IMG/VR virus record: IMGVR_UViG_3300034356_001764
Location: 1 to 64,000 of that record
DNA from: a virus
Length of the DNA: 64,000 nucleotides
Direction: 5' to 3' (one strand)
In this document: piece by piece, positions 16,901 through 26,702 of the stretch
Layout: each line of letters begins with the position of its first letter
How positions within the stretch are numbered: the first letter of the stretch is position 1
Position numbers and translations under genes: made by a program
Notes under the pieces: generated by a model
What the model was told of the DNA's origin: nothing
The model's database searches: none
Seen by the model: the letters and a program-made list of their open reading frames with translations, nothing else

Positions 16901-17356
16901 ATTATCTCTTATTGGAGAAAAACCAATCTCATCAAATTTATCTTGACCATAGGCTTGATATCTTTTATAAAATGCATTACCATCTGGTCCAGCATTATAA
17001 GAATATATCTTTCCATATTGATTTTTATCTGCATTTGATCTTAATGTACCAAGAGCATAATCCTTCATGGATTTTCTTAACTGATCAAAACTTGCATTTT
17101 TATTTATACCAGGTTTGCTTGGAGGATTTCCTACAACAGTTTTTCTAACTTCAGAAGCAGGATTAGTTAAATTTTCTACATCCGGTAATACTGGTGTAAA
17201 ACTTTGAGTTTCTGGAAAATTTATTTTAGGCATATCAATTCTATCTCCTTCAAAAGCTGCTAAACCTTTAGCATCAATTGTTGGAGTATTAATACTTCCA
17301 TATTCCGGTCCTAGTGAATCTAAAGAACTGAATGGTACATTATCATCTGCTGCCAT
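10961..17356 (-). CDS. Large virion cargo/ejection protein (2131 aa) with hydrophobic N-terminal segment, coiled coils, KADIxRRRQEEL...INAKYDAEL cassettes, GrpE-like and ADP-ribosyltransferase-like domains
   Basis: Long ORF directly upstream of the RNAP gene, where crAss-like phages have cargo genes; internal repeats and VYHHT...FGDG...RYG...YVIYD motif. Confidence 0.75.
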   Translation of the reverse strand: MAADDNVPFSSLDSLGPEYGSINTPTIDAKGLAAFEGDRIDMPKINFPETQSFTPVLPDVENLTNPASEVRKTVVGNPPSKPGINKNASFDQLRKSMKDYALGTLRSNADKNQYGKIYSYNAGPDGNAFYKRYQAYGQDKFDEIGFSPIRDNEALFNARTTQWDDFSRMMTNSFVPLFTRGFISGPKSLGKMLTGDFTGTDLEDAAAYEEAAAIGQSSKGGFGAFTSNAMMNFSYSAGIITEAVLEEVALGLATVGTAGIAAPALFARTAANIARVGKAVYKGINFATDGMKAINKTLDTVNSVKGAREFWNASKGFAKTVNPLSNTFDAYKLANQADNFTNLGRAYKTAGGFYRDVRNINMALSESRLEAGMVENSIYDNLYNEYYAKNNESPSDEVQYDMMKQAKKGSLNTLYWNTGLIYGSNLITFPNIVGPKGGLRNFSKATVKELSEVSGGKFGKLGKVVYDQTKKKFAFEKNNFKNYVKGWAKNPIYKSVGNTVGYFKSNFTEGIQENLQEVIGGANERYYTDTFKSGAVQSHNYSKSVSKYDYFSDELGRQVSAQGFETFASGFVMGTFASPLNKSFEYLGVGFNRMFNKEDYQKLKDKKLEITKDLVNNLNGIDVKDFLDAKIFNYGQQDIISKIKESGSKKEAMDADHEALLNQMDLLVRNGSLESYQEKLRDLQQLTPEEFEDAVPNVPKGEGAKYQMKINDTIDKMDKINSRYKTYKEKYGNPIDPDNLPPKGTPEYENAVTLHNAWEDATKNAVFFNETFEDTMKRKRDIIQKFNTQKPLQSLTQRDSEVIFDNDKLRNEVGLLKNEIESLKQLKDPASKEELKKKESKLAAMQKLGEATVSFTNFFNRYERSAEIREVLQKEKGDEPVTDEEVEAVMDEYFGEFSDDNKIQQTSEYETAFKEYLKTVANVNKDYLFDEKVDEAFELLADHHKLDSEARSLIKGVNLLHDPAGFLDLVERNQKWMKDLYARRGEYYQKMITDQFDIVVDNALLNALANKSVYISMDDFAAWKNEGIPPSEFYDHARKLVIPEGTEAYDVYYMLFDQAAQLKAEKSGTVPSSLDKILNADLEKLESQKEAELKNVPQIETKVSKGKLEPNSSGQVTAKMVQEQLQPNTYAEASYGAEDNFILFMDEEGNLRENDAEGDLVQVDTVPVTFTSVETYIIAERPNPEYTQEIEKRYEELKEDRINQYTEQVEEVEKKEKEKKTSELEPITSATSLEDIITRSPVLYNKLNKEFNERVIKKMDSEEYVNMNPEQERNLFEKFLQSDPIAKGLIDTYNKEQKLDEATKETGEKEEFEFMYQGKMVKTADLKTIQDLEKMKRRFDKMIKDISESENPTTEDMTNKSKYSIISKDLEKLINTRTKNDAKVSDEITADEYDNFVDNGIVKAGRITKIAEKVKNGTDLTQQEKEMFQDKTSEINEELRKMSEKEAAKAKPSDVEVQKAKIEKRRQEELEAYKLKKDGTPKNEAELTKVYAIEDVKNINKKYDEELDALNKPATTTVSDIESKKADIKRRRQEELNELGQKQLTKGFNSLSEATKPEQVANAIVNIEQNKNQGTLLSKEQEQQLSEAKAKLKEQGYEIVDYNIVKYGENTIIEGIDFYNSEKDILTEEQANAIELKINNLEKRGEEVTVDDLPSPVSRTIKPLIKKDGVMVQAAEVNTLIFESVEQAREAIKKSREAGNKKPNAADKINAKYDAELAALESSSTTASNIVTVYHHTNVKAQDFNFGNFQRGTDQISQFGDGLNAASTTTPFFVNRYGNPIKGEVKDSDFIVIDANMSQKAMYDMLVAKGFKFNNPQMGKSTPQGGSYVGGSSKTEYDDTNTLKDSPGSAIDLFNDFQESNPEVKGVKVINHIIGNEKIDPFYVIYDAKSFYGPGSLSKTQISTADTIPEDPQSSDDVDSPTQDSDSRKVEVIDDSKRYSINDFKVDIAKVKTMDELQQIVSDLHIKVSEEVVAFEDLQVMSELAKQKAAEIKAGTVKIDPIGLTEGTQVIAKEIIFDDAKMFAMTNDTLVVKSVDKTKKTVTVTPMGSTEEMTVGFDKLNEMFILKDTVMDTTEQVTEPVTKEEQEMVTQSSDLADTILNSPDQLTELEKTVSNKTIKELDAELLEDLKC

Positions 17357-20333
17357 TGTATGAACCTTTATTAATTTGTTTATACTTTTCCATTAAATCC
17401 ATTGCTTGAAATCTAGCTTGTTCCATATTTTGACCATAGTTGGTTACATTATCACTTACTGTTTCAAAAACATATTCTTTTGTATTACTGTTCCAAACTG
17501 GATACTGAAAAGATGTTATATAATCTCCAGTACCTAATTTATTTTTTTCAATACTAAAAGAATAATTAGAATTTAAAGGGTCAGTATAAACATAAGCTTG
17601 CCCTTTAGTATCTAAGTAATCAACATAAGATTGTAAAGGTGACTGATATGAACTCATATAAACTGAGTTTGTCATGTTTGCTGAATCAGTTATATATGAT
17701 ACACCATTTTTCATGATTTCATCATACTCGGTTGCACTGATTAATCCAGCTGAGGATTTTTCCATTTTTCCATCAGCACCTTTCTTTGTACTGTATACTT
17801 GTTCTTTCAACCATTTTGCATCAGGATAAATAATAACGGCAGCTTTATTAATGCTACCAGCTGCAATAGGTGATACATCAACTCTAAAGTTACCCATTTT
17901 ACTTTTACCAGATTTAGTTAACTCTGCTCTAATCTGATCAAGTAATGCAATACCTGTAGCATTTTTTACTGGTGCTTTATTGAATGAAGTTAAGCTAGTA
18001 CCTTTAAAACTTATTTTATTTTTGTTACTAGCTCCCCAATCAACACCATTCATGTCTGAAAGTATTTCTCCAAATCTAATATTTGATGAGGTATGTCCTT
18101 TTGGATTTACAAATATTGAACTTGAATTAGGAGCAAAAACACCTGAACCTGACATTGATCCTAATTTATCTAAACCAACAACTTGTGCTTTTACTTTTCC
18201 AGTACTGTATACTTTATTAGCAGCACCAACTAGTTCATCATAGTCAATATCTGGTGCATTATATGCGTCAATAGCCATACCAAGCCAATTGGATGGATTG
18301 ATACCCTGAATCAATTTTTGTCCCGTGGTCAGTTTTTGTCCTGTATATGATTTAGCATATTTAGCATCTGAGCTATTTATCTTACCAGCTTTTGCTAAAG
18401 CATCAAAGTATTCTGCTTTAGTTCTTTGCTTACCATTATTATCATATAAATAATCAACATATTTATAACCTAATCTTCTTAACTCACCTTCTACTTGTTT
18501 TGAAGAAGTTGCTTTCCATTCTTGATCTGCTTTTAAGTAATTAGTATAATCATCAAACATTAATGATGACTTTTTAAAAGAATTATAAGCTGTTCCATCT
18601 AAACCAGACAACTGACTATTCTGACTTAACCATGTAGACATTTTTTGTTTTATCTTACTTAAGTCATTCATACCAACTTCACCAGTAACCCAATTTTCTC
18701 CATATTTATTTAGCTTATCACTAAATGTTTTTCTGTTAATGTTTGGATTCTTTTTGTAACCAAGTATTTCAGAAGCTTGTTTTTCTGTCATTGTCTTGTT
18801 TCTCACAAGATCATCAATCAATGTAGTTACATTTTTTAAATAAGGAATAGCAACAGCTTTAGTTTGTGTTGAAACTATTTGCTTACTTACTTTTCTCATA
18901 TCTAATTCTGGAGTTGCCGTCCCGTCTGGATTCTGTCTTGTAAATACTTGATCAAGAGCTTCAATTGGTTTGATCTCTCCTGTTTGCTCATCTTGATAAT
19001 GTGTTCCAGCATCAATTCTAGCTTTATCAAGCATAGTTTTTCTTTCACCTTCATTACGGATTTTTGCAGCATTTGCAAGACCAGCATTTCTAGTTGCAAT
19101 TTGCTGCATGCTATACTTATGCTTATCAGCAAGTACTGCATATGGGTTAGCATCCATGTCTTGTTTTGCATCTTTAAATGCAAATATGTTTGCTGCCTCA
19201 TCTAAATCTTTTTGCATAAGCAAAGAAGCCATACCATTATCAACTTTCCATCTTAGTGATTTAAGATCCCCATAAGGATTAACAAAACCATTTGATGTAG
19301 TTGGTGTACTTGACTGACCACCATTAAGATCTTTTTGTTCTTGCTCTGCACGGGCTAAAACTTTATCATTGATCTCTTTGTTCATCTTGTACTGCTCCAA
19401 AGCTTGTACAGCTTCTGGAGATGCTTTGCCATCTTTTATTTGCTTTTCTATATCAGCAATTTTATTGTCATAGCTTTTAGAATTTTCTTGAAGACCTTTA
19501 TATCTTATAGCACTTTTTTCTTTTAAAACATTAAAGCTATTCTCAAGATATTTTAACTCTGCTGCATTCTTATCTCCATTAAATTGTGCTGCATTAGAAT
19601 ATGCATAATCTTTTCTATTTACAAAAGATTGTGTTTTATATACAGCTTGAATAGCAGGATCACTACCAAGGCGCGCTTCAAATAATTTTTGTAAAGGTTC
19701 AACAAGTTGTTGACCATTCTTAGTCTTTACAATCCATCTACCATCTTTACTAAAGTCAACTGACTCAATTGATAATCCAGCTTCTTTTGCAACATCCTGA
19801 GCTTTCTCAACAGCATTAACATAAGGTGTATACTCTACATTGGAAAAGTTCATTGCTTCATCATCTGTAGCAAGTTTAAACTCATCCTTTAAGTATTGCA
19901 TTTCTCTAACACCTGTTTCCCAATACTGAGCTCTATCTTTTTCATTGGATGAAACCTTAAAGATTTCTGCTCTATTGTTTTGGTTATTGTAATTCTTTGT
20001 CCAAGCCATATCTTTCATTAATGACTTGTCTTCATAGAATGGTTTAAAGATTTGAGTTGCCTGAGTTACATTCTGCTCTAGAGATAAATCTAGCTGTGAT
20101 ACTCTCTTTAAGTTAAATTCAATTTGTTTTAGGTAGTTGTCTTTTTTAGCAACATTCCCATCACGTGTAAGATCAGCATGATAATACTGACCATACATTT
20201 TATTTAAAGACTTCCAGTTTGTATCATACTGGGTTTGCTTAGTTTGCATTACATTACCATAGAAGTTCAGGTCCGGTTGAAACGGCTGAAACTGCGGTAT
20301 ATAATCTGTGACTCCTTGTAAGTACGTTGCCAT
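17343..20333 (-). CDS. Virion cargo/ejection protein (996 aa)
   Basis: Long ORF overlapping the next gene by 14 nt; N-terminal PQFQPFQPDLNF then helical region; located in the cargo cluster. Confidence 0.65.
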   Translation of the reverse strand: MATYLQGVTDYIPQFQPFQPDLNFYGNVMQTKQTQYDTNWKSLNKMYGQYYHADLTRDGNVAKKDNYLKQIEFNLKRVSQLDLSLEQNVTQATQIFKPFYEDKSLMKDMAWTKNYNNQNNRAEIFKVSSNEKDRAQYWETGVREMQYLKDEFKLATDDEAMNFSNVEYTPYVNAVEKAQDVAKEAGLSIESVDFSKDGRWIVKTKNGQQLVEPLQKLFEARLGSDPAIQAVYKTQSFVNRKDYAYSNAAQFNGDKNAAELKYLENSFNVLKEKSAIRYKGLQENSKSYDNKIADIEKQIKDGKASPEAVQALEQYKMNKEINDKVLARAEQEQKDLNGGQSSTPTTSNGFVNPYGDLKSLRWKVDNGMASLLMQKDLDEAANIFAFKDAKQDMDANPYAVLADKHKYSMQQIATRNAGLANAAKIRNEGERKTMLDKARIDAGTHYQDEQTGEIKPIEALDQVFTRQNPDGTATPELDMRKVSKQIVSTQTKAVAIPYLKNVTTLIDDLVRNKTMTEKQASEILGYKKNPNINRKTFSDKLNKYGENWVTGEVGMNDLSKIKQKMSTWLSQNSQLSGLDGTAYNSFKKSSLMFDDYTNYLKADQEWKATSSKQVEGELRRLGYKYVDYLYDNNGKQRTKAEYFDALAKAGKINSSDAKYAKSYTGQKLTTGQKLIQGINPSNWLGMAIDAYNAPDIDYDELVGAANKVYSTGKVKAQVVGLDKLGSMSGSGVFAPNSSSIFVNPKGHTSSNIRFGEILSDMNGVDWGASNKNKISFKGTSLTSFNKAPVKNATGIALLDQIRAELTKSGKSKMGNFRVDVSPIAAGSINKAAVIIYPDAKWLKEQVYSTKKGADGKMEKSSAGLISATEYDEIMKNGVSYITDSANMTNSVYMSSYQSPLQSYVDYLDTKGQAYVYTDPLNSNYSFSIEKNKLGTGDYITSFQYPVWNSNTKEYVFETVSDNVTNYGQNMEQARFQAMDLMEKYKQINKGSYNGSR

Positions 20334-20392
20334 GCTATTCTAATTCTTTATAAAAGTATCAACATTTTTTAAGTTTAATAAACTTCTTAAGT

Positions 20393-22696
20393 TTATAGGA
20401 AGATTGGCCAATCAGTATAGACGTATCCTGTTGTACTACCACCTTTCTTTTTATATTTATTTAAAAGGTATTTTTCAGCAGACTCTTTACTAAATCCTTG
20501 AGACATCAATTCTTTTAATTCTTCTCCCATTGTTGCTTGTTTTGCTCCTGGATCAACTTGTTTATCAGTAGGAGTATATTCTACACGTCCCCCAACACCT
20601 GGTCTAGTTTGATAGTTAGGATACATTTGATTCAATGCATCTGTCTTCATTTTATTAGTAAGTGCTGTATTGTAAGCTTGTCTCATATTTGCAGCACCCT
20701 GTCTTTTAGCATTTTCAAACTGTTGATTAGCAATAACATTTTTGTCATAAACTCTATTAGCCATTTGCTGATTCATCTGGTTCTCTTGGTTTCTTACACC
20801 AACTTGATTTGCTTCAAACTGATTAGCAATGTTTACATTCTGATTGTTAATTCTACCAAGTGTATCTGCTGCTGCTCTAGCTCCTTGACCTTGTATCTGA
20901 GATAACCTTGCATTCAATGCTTGAGGACCTGCAAATGAAGCAGCTGCTTGAGATGCAATATTAGCTTGTTCAGATTGTGCAGCTAGTTCTCTTGTAGGAT
21001 CTAAGAATGTAGGTCTTGGTTCTTCAAGATCAACTCTTGCTTCCCATGGCATAAATTTCTTAGCACTCATCATATCACCAAATGCACCCATAGTATTTAC
21101 AGTATCTTGTAACCACCATTCTGGTTCTCTTTGCGCTGCTGGAGTAACTGCTTGTTGTTCTTCACCTGGTTCTTCACAATCTTTACAACTACCATCAGCA
21201 TTCATACCTGGATCATATGTAGTACCATCTGCTCTATCGCATTCACATCTTTCTTTTGGCTTACATGTTTCAGGCATACATTCACCTTTCTCATTCTTCT
21301 GAGCAAACTTTCCTGCAATAGCTACACCTTTATCATCAAGACACGGACATTCTGTTGATACTGGTTCTTTTTTTACTTCTTCTATTGGTTTTACAGGATC
21401 TAATTGTCTTACACCAAAATAATTATCTACATAGGCATCTTGCAATTGTTCTAGTATTTTAGGATCTTTTAATTGTTCTTCAGTAAATTTACCTGACCCA
21501 TCTTTACTCAATGCTTTTAATTTTGCATTCTTCATACCTTTAGCTGTAAGACCATGCGTTGTCCACATATTCTTAATACTTTCAGGATTGTTTTTTAAAG
21601 TCCACTCATAAATAGCTTTTTGTGCTTGACCTTCTGTCATTTTACCAATACCTGGAATACTACTTTCCCATTGCTTTAAATAATCATTTAAAGATTGTTT
21701 ACGTGCACTAAACTTATTTGATGTACCAGTTGGAGTTACATTTCCTTGTTGTGTTTTTGCTTGTTCATAAGGTGTTATAATTCCATCTTGTGCTTGTGGT
21801 ATATAACCTCCATAAGCCATTTCATTTGACTCATAAGGAAATTCAAAGCCTCCCATTGACATTCCATACATTGCCATTGGTTGACCACCATAAGCCATAG
21901 GAGGTTGTTGTTGCATCATTTCCTGAGCAGCCATATCTTGCTCCATAGATTGAGGTTGAGCTATCTGTTCCCCGTTTGGCATTTCCATTGGTATCTCTTC
22001 CATACCTTGCATTTCAGGAGATTCCCTCATTTCTTGCTGTGGCATCTGCTGTTGTGGTTGTGGTTTTTGTGGTATTAAGTCTTCTTCAGAAATTCCATTA
22101 GACTCCATATAAGGTTTTGACAATTCAGGTATACCTTGAGGAAATCCTTTCTTAGACTCTTGAGCTAATGCTAAGGCACCAAGTTTCATGGTGTAATTCT
22201 TAATCATCATCTCAGCAGTCTTTCTATCCATCTTATCTGAATTAGGATCTTGAAGTATTTTTCTATACCTGTTAAGATCATATTTCTTAGATAAGTCAGC
22301 CGGAGTGTATCCACCTTTCTTAGGATTAGCATTAAACATTTTTAGAATAGTTGGGTCTGAAATCTTCATTGACTTAGTATCACTAAAAATAAAACTATCA
22401 TCTGGTAAGTTTAATGGAACACCTCCACTACTGTGACGTGGGCCAGTAATTGTAAAAAATGATGGCATCATACTACCATCAATATTTCCTATTACAGTTT
22501 CTCCACCTTCAGCTTCTAGATTAGCTTCTTCTCTTGGAACTGCAGATATTGTTCTTTTTACCTCAGATGGTTGCTCACCAATATATGCATTGTAATCAGC
22601 ACCACCAAATGCTGGTACATCATTAACCAAACCGCCTCTAACTTGATAGCCTGTTCTAGCTTTTGGTACAGATTTAATTCTTACTCTTCTTAACAT
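20393..22696 (-). CDS. Virion cargo protein (767 aa) with N-terminal EAEGGE...GPRHSSGGV domain and Gln/Ala/Asn-rich C-terminal coiled coil
   Basis: EANLEAEGGETV...ITGPRHSSGGVPLNLPDDSFIFSD motif; pilot/ejection-like QNA-rich C-terminus; MAYGG motifs. Confidence 0.65.
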   Translation of the reverse strand: MLRRVRIKSVPKARTGYQVRGGLVNDVPAFGGADYNAYIGEQPSEVKRTISAVPREEANLEAEGGETVIGNIDGSMMPSFFTITGPRHSSGGVPLNLPDDSFIFSDTKSMKISDPTILKMFNANPKKGGYTPADLSKKYDLNRYRKILQDPNSDKMDRKTAEMMIKNYTMKLGALALAQESKKGFPQGIPELSKPYMESNGISEEDLIPQKPQPQQQMPQQEMRESPEMQGMEEIPMEMPNGEQIAQPQSMEQDMAAQEMMQQQPPMAYGGQPMAMYGMSMGGFEFPYESNEMAYGGYIPQAQDGIITPYEQAKTQQGNVTPTGTSNKFSARKQSLNDYLKQWESSIPGIGKMTEGQAQKAIYEWTLKNNPESIKNMWTTHGLTAKGMKNAKLKALSKDGSGKFTEEQLKDPKILEQLQDAYVDNYFGVRQLDPVKPIEEVKKEPVSTECPCLDDKGVAIAGKFAQKNEKGECMPETCKPKERCECDRADGTTYDPGMNADGSCKDCEEPGEEQQAVTPAAQREPEWWLQDTVNTMGAFGDMMSAKKFMPWEARVDLEEPRPTFLDPTRELAAQSEQANIASQAAASFAGPQALNARLSQIQGQGARAAADTLGRINNQNVNIANQFEANQVGVRNQENQMNQQMANRVYDKNVIANQQFENAKRQGAANMRQAYNTALTNKMKTDALNQMYPNYQTRPGVGGRVEYTPTDKQVDPGAKQATMGEELKELMSQGFSKESAEKYLLNKYKKKGGSTTGYVYTDWPIFL

Positions 22697-22704
22697 AGCT
22701 TAAA

Positions 22705-25700
22705 TTATAAATATTCAACTTCTCCACCATTAGCAATAAAGTTTGCTAATTCTTCTTCTGTCATATCAACTTCATCCCCTTCTACATAGTCAGGATCTTC
22801 ATTAAGATAACTATTTTGACCACCCATTTGTGCAGATCTACTATTCCAAGTTTGACCCATTTGATCTGGTCTATACAAACCAGTATTGGTATCATAGTCA
22901 CCACGGTCTCTACTAGGATCACTTGCATATAGATTATCAGCAGTAAGATTTTTATACATTTCTTTCTCGTTCTTTCTATTCTGCATTCTATCAATAAATC
23001 CTAAAGCTCCTTTAGCAGCTGCATTACCTGTTAACAATGCACCTTGTACTGAAGCATTGTTCATCCCAGCTTTAGTTTTAAAGTCATATGTTACATCACC
23101 TTCTGGCTCATAAACTTTTTGAGTTTGCTGTCTTAAAGCTTGATTTGGATCTATAGTATATTGTTTTGGATCTTGTGATTGATTTCTTGTAGGATTATCA
23201 ACATTCATGAAACTTGTTAAAGATGATTCATCTAAACCTTGAATACCAGGGTTAAGAGATAACATATCAACATCTGTAGTTCCTGCCATTGCTGGATTAT
23301 TAGTATATACTACTGGAGATTGAACACCATTCTGAGCAGTAGGTATAAACTTTCTTAGACCACCACCATATTGTTTCTTTATTCCTTTTTGATTAGTTAC
23401 ATATTGATTGTAGATTCTATCATATGTTTCAATGTCTTTAAGATTACTAAAATCAGGAACTACCCCTACCTCTTTTGCAAAAGCCATCCTAGCTTCATTT
23501 GCAGGTATATTCCATTTCTTAGCCCAATCACTAACAAACTGATTTACTTTTGAAGACTTATCACTAATTTTATTAAAAGCATCTTCACTCTCATACCAAT
23601 CACCATCTTTCCATATTCCTTCATTCTCAGGAACTGCTCCTGTTTTTTGAGAATCAGATTCTAAATTTGGCATTTGTTTATATCCCCATGGACTTTTTTG
23701 AAGTTGTTGATTTATCATTAGCTCTTCTGGAGATACAAGAAGGTTATTTAATTTATTACTTTGTTTAGGAGCTGTATCATAGTTAGCTTGACTATCAAAA
23801 TCTTCTTGTGTAGCAGGCACCTCTTCAAAATATTTTTCATATCTTTTACCAGCCATCAACGGTCTTTGTCTTCCTGCTTGTCTATCACCTCTATCCATTT
23901 CTCTTTGAGATAAAGCCATAGGACCTTTTCCAGGTAGTACTCTTTGTTCATCAGAACCATCTAAACTAATCATTGGTTTAGTTGGATCAGAGCTTTCATT
24001 ACTAAAAGTAACTGAATACTTCTTAGGTCTTCCGCTTAATAAACCTGTTTTTTGAACATTGATATTTTTAATCTGTGCATTTTGTCCAAGATAACCAGGA
24101 ATCTGTTGTCCAGTAGCATCACGTGCACCCATATATTGAGTACGGTAATTTGTATTTAAATTGGCAGGAATTAAGTTTTTAAACAAACCTCCTCTTTGAA
24201 AGTAAGCATCTGTTACATCTTCTGAGCCTGTGTAATCAATATCAGACTGGTCAATATAAGCAAGTGATGGATCATCATTTCCTCCATAAACAAATCTTTG
24301 AAGATTACCATACTCATCAGAAAAAGGATCTTGTACAATACCACCCTGTTGGAAAGTTGAACCGCCAAATTTATTTTCTATCATGTCACCACCAAAACCA
24401 TCATTCCAGCTTTCTTCACTTTCCTTACCAGATCTATTTGGTAATTCATTCCAAGGAACATAAATTACACCACCATAATCTTGTGATTGTTCAACAGCAG
24501 CAAAACTTTTTTCAGGAATTATTTTGCCGTTAGCATCTCTTACAATCTGATATCTTGCAGGTTTTACTGTCCCCCAATTTGTTTTATATGTAGATTCAAA
24601 TGAAGTAGCTTGTTCACCTTTTTTAGTGTTCCATTGTTTTTCATCACTACCTTCTTCAAATTTTCCAGTATTAGGATTAAATCCATAGTTTTTACTACCT
24701 ACAGGTCTTCCCCATTGGTCTTTTTTAACTTGAGGAACTGTTGGTTTTACTTTAGCTTTTGGCTGAATGTAGGGTATAGCATTTTTTTCTAATGCATTTA
24801 CTCTACCTTCTACATCTCCAGAAGAAACTTTTTGAAATGAATTTCCTGTACCAGTTGTATCAATGTACCACTGATTATTTTCTTTCTTGTAAATTGCAGT
24901 CTTACTTGGATATGAGTAAACACCATCTGCACGTTTCTGAACATTAACTTCTTTTTGACCTTTTACTTGATCTTTAACAACTTGTTTTTCTTTTGCTGTT
25001 TGAGAACTATTTACAGTAACCGGAGTTTCAGTTCCAGGAGTTTTAACTTCAGTAGTTGCAACTGTTTCTGTTGTACCATCTGGTTTTACTTCAACTTTTT
25101 CCTCAACCTTAACATCTTTATTAGTTGCCTCATTACCTGGGGTAACAGCAGCTACATCTTTATTAGTTTGACTATTTACATAAACAGCATTATCTTCTAC
25201 AATTTTTCTTGCAGGAGTCTTTTTAGCACCAGTATAACCATAACCATAGAAACCTGGTCCACTACCTGGCATACCACTACCTGGCATAACAGATGGCATT
25301 TGCCCAAAGTTAACTGAGTATTCTTTTGGTCTACCAAATATACCTGAACGTCTTACATCCATAGATTCTATTGGTGGATAACCTTGACCAAAGCCTCCTG
25401 GTATTCTTGGAACTCTTGGTTCTCTATTGAACAAACCTCTTCTTTCTTGACCCTCTTGATTTCTTCTTCTAAATAATCCACCAAACTGAGCTTCATCAAG
25501 CATCTCATCATCTTCAGAATAATTCATTGGAGCTTGAGACATCCCCTGTTGCATCATTTGTTGTTGCTGCATCATTTGATCATACTGTTGTTCAGCTTGT
25601 TCTTTAGCAACAGCTATCTGACTTTGATTCTTAAGAGTTCCAATGTAATTATCTAAGATACCTCTTCTTACATTATTTCCAATTGGATCAGATTGATCTG

Positions 25701-26646
25701 CTTTTTTGGTAAGGTCATTAGGATTATTATTTCCTTGATCCCCACCCATTTGTTTTTTAACTAACTTCAATACAGAATTTACATAAGCACTCTTACCTTT
25801 TTTGTAAGCACCACCTTTTCTAAATTCACTCTCATCATAGTTTTCTTCTTGTGGTTCTGAATCATCCATATCCATCATTGGAGAAGAGTCAGGATTCATA
25901 TTGCCATATGAAACACCACTATCTTGTGAAGTTTCAGGTGCAGTAAACTCTGGTCTTTGCCAAGCTTCTCCAGTTGCTACATCATAACCTCCACTCATCA
26001 TGTCAGACATGTTTGCAGGCAAGTATGCTTCAATTCCTGGAAATACAATTGGATACTGACTTTCTACTTCCGCACCTTCTTGTGCTCTCATGTAGCCACC
26101 TCTCATCATTACTACTTGAGAAGCAACATCAGAATCATCATCTTCTATTTCATCATCTTCATTAGCAACTTCATTTGCCATATCATTATTCATGTCATCA
26201 CCATAGAAGTCTTCTTCAGTTTCTTGAACCGGATTCATTACTGTTTCTTCCTGAGCATCTTCTGGATCTCCTCCTGTAACTTCTTCATCTGATGATTCTT
26301 CAGAATCTTCTTCTTTCTGAGCTTCTGATTGTTCTTCAAGATACGTGTATATCTGATTTACCAAGTTAGTTGCTTCCATTGGATCTTTACCATACACATT
26401 CACCAACTTAACAACTATCTCTTCTTTTGGTCTTGAGTTACTAATGTCTTGCATTACTAATGACGCAAGCTGATTATCATCAACTTGTTGTGCTTGTCCA
26501 GCTTGCCCTTGACCAGCACCCGGATATGATAATTCTTCTGCACTAGGTGTACCACCCATTTGAGCTTTACGTAAAAACTGGGCAGTCTTATTTAAAAACT
26601 GTCCTTCACCTGTTGGGCTCTTATAGATTCTGACTCTTTTTTTCAT
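22705..26646 (-). CDS. Low-complexity virion cargo protein (1313 aa) with many xQxGG motifs
   Basis: Long ORF with acidic and Gln/Met-rich tracts and about 11 di-glycine motifs; shares modules with the upstream gene. Confidence 0.65.
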   Translation of the reverse strand: MKKRVRIYKSPTGEGQFLNKTAQFLRKAQMGGTPSAEELSYPGAGQGQAGQAQQVDDNQLASLVMQDISNSRPKEEIVVKLVNVYGKDPMEATNLVNQIYTYLEEQSEAQKEEDSEESSDEEVTGGDPEDAQEETVMNPVQETEEDFYGDDMNNDMANEVANEDDEIEDDDSDVASQVVMMRGGYMRAQEGAEVESQYPIVFPGIEAYLPANMSDMMSGGYDVATGEAWQRPEFTAPETSQDSGVSYGNMNPDSSPMMDMDDSEPQEENYDESEFRKGGAYKKGKSAYVNSVLKLVKKQMGGDQGNNNPNDLTKKADQSDPIGNNVRRGILDNYIGTLKNQSQIAVAKEQAEQQYDQMMQQQQMMQQGMSQAPMNYSEDDEMLDEAQFGGLFRRRNQEGQERRGLFNREPRVPRIPGGFGQGYPPIESMDVRRSGIFGRPKEYSVNFGQMPSVMPGSGMPGSGPGFYGYGYTGAKKTPARKIVEDNAVYVNSQTNKDVAAVTPGNEATNKDVKVEEKVEVKPDGTTETVATTEVKTPGTETPVTVNSSQTAKEKQVVKDQVKGQKEVNVQKRADGVYSYPSKTAIYKKENNQWYIDTTGTGNSFQKVSSGDVEGRVNALEKNAIPYIQPKAKVKPTVPQVKKDQWGRPVGSKNYGFNPNTGKFEEGSDEKQWNTKKGEQATSFESTYKTNWGTVKPARYQIVRDANGKIIPEKSFAAVEQSQDYGGVIYVPWNELPNRSGKESEESWNDGFGGDMIENKFGGSTFQQGGIVQDPFSDEYGNLQRFVYGGNDDPSLAYIDQSDIDYTGSEDVTDAYFQRGGLFKNLIPANLNTNYRTQYMGARDATGQQIPGYLGQNAQIKNINVQKTGLLSGRPKKYSVTFSNESSDPTKPMISLDGSDEQRVLPGKGPMALSQREMDRGDRQAGRQRPLMAGKRYEKYFEEVPATQEDFDSQANYDTAPKQSNKLNNLLVSPEELMINQQLQKSPWGYKQMPNLESDSQKTGAVPENEGIWKDGDWYESEDAFNKISDKSSKVNQFVSDWAKKWNIPANEARMAFAKEVGVVPDFSNLKDIETYDRIYNQYVTNQKGIKKQYGGGLRKFIPTAQNGVQSPVVYTNNPAMAGTTDVDMLSLNPGIQGLDESSLTSFMNVDNPTRNQSQDPKQYTIDPNQALRQQTQKVYEPEGDVTYDFKTKAGMNNASVQGALLTGNAAAKGALGFIDRMQNRKNEKEMYKNLTADNLYASDPSRDRGDYDTNTGLYRPDQMGQTWNSRSAQMGGQNSYLNEDPDYVEGDEVDMTEEELANFIANGGEVEYL

Positions 26647-26661
26647 ATTATATTATATAGT

Positions 26662-26673
26662 TAATATACTAAA
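26662..26673 (-). promoter_or_regulatory. Putative late promoter motif TTTAGTATATTA
   Basis: Identical 12-mer at 39760-39771; both are intergenic and just upstream of a start codon. Confidence 0.5.
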
Positions 26674-26702
26674 TTTTAATTTAACTGTTAAACTTTAAAG
26701 AT

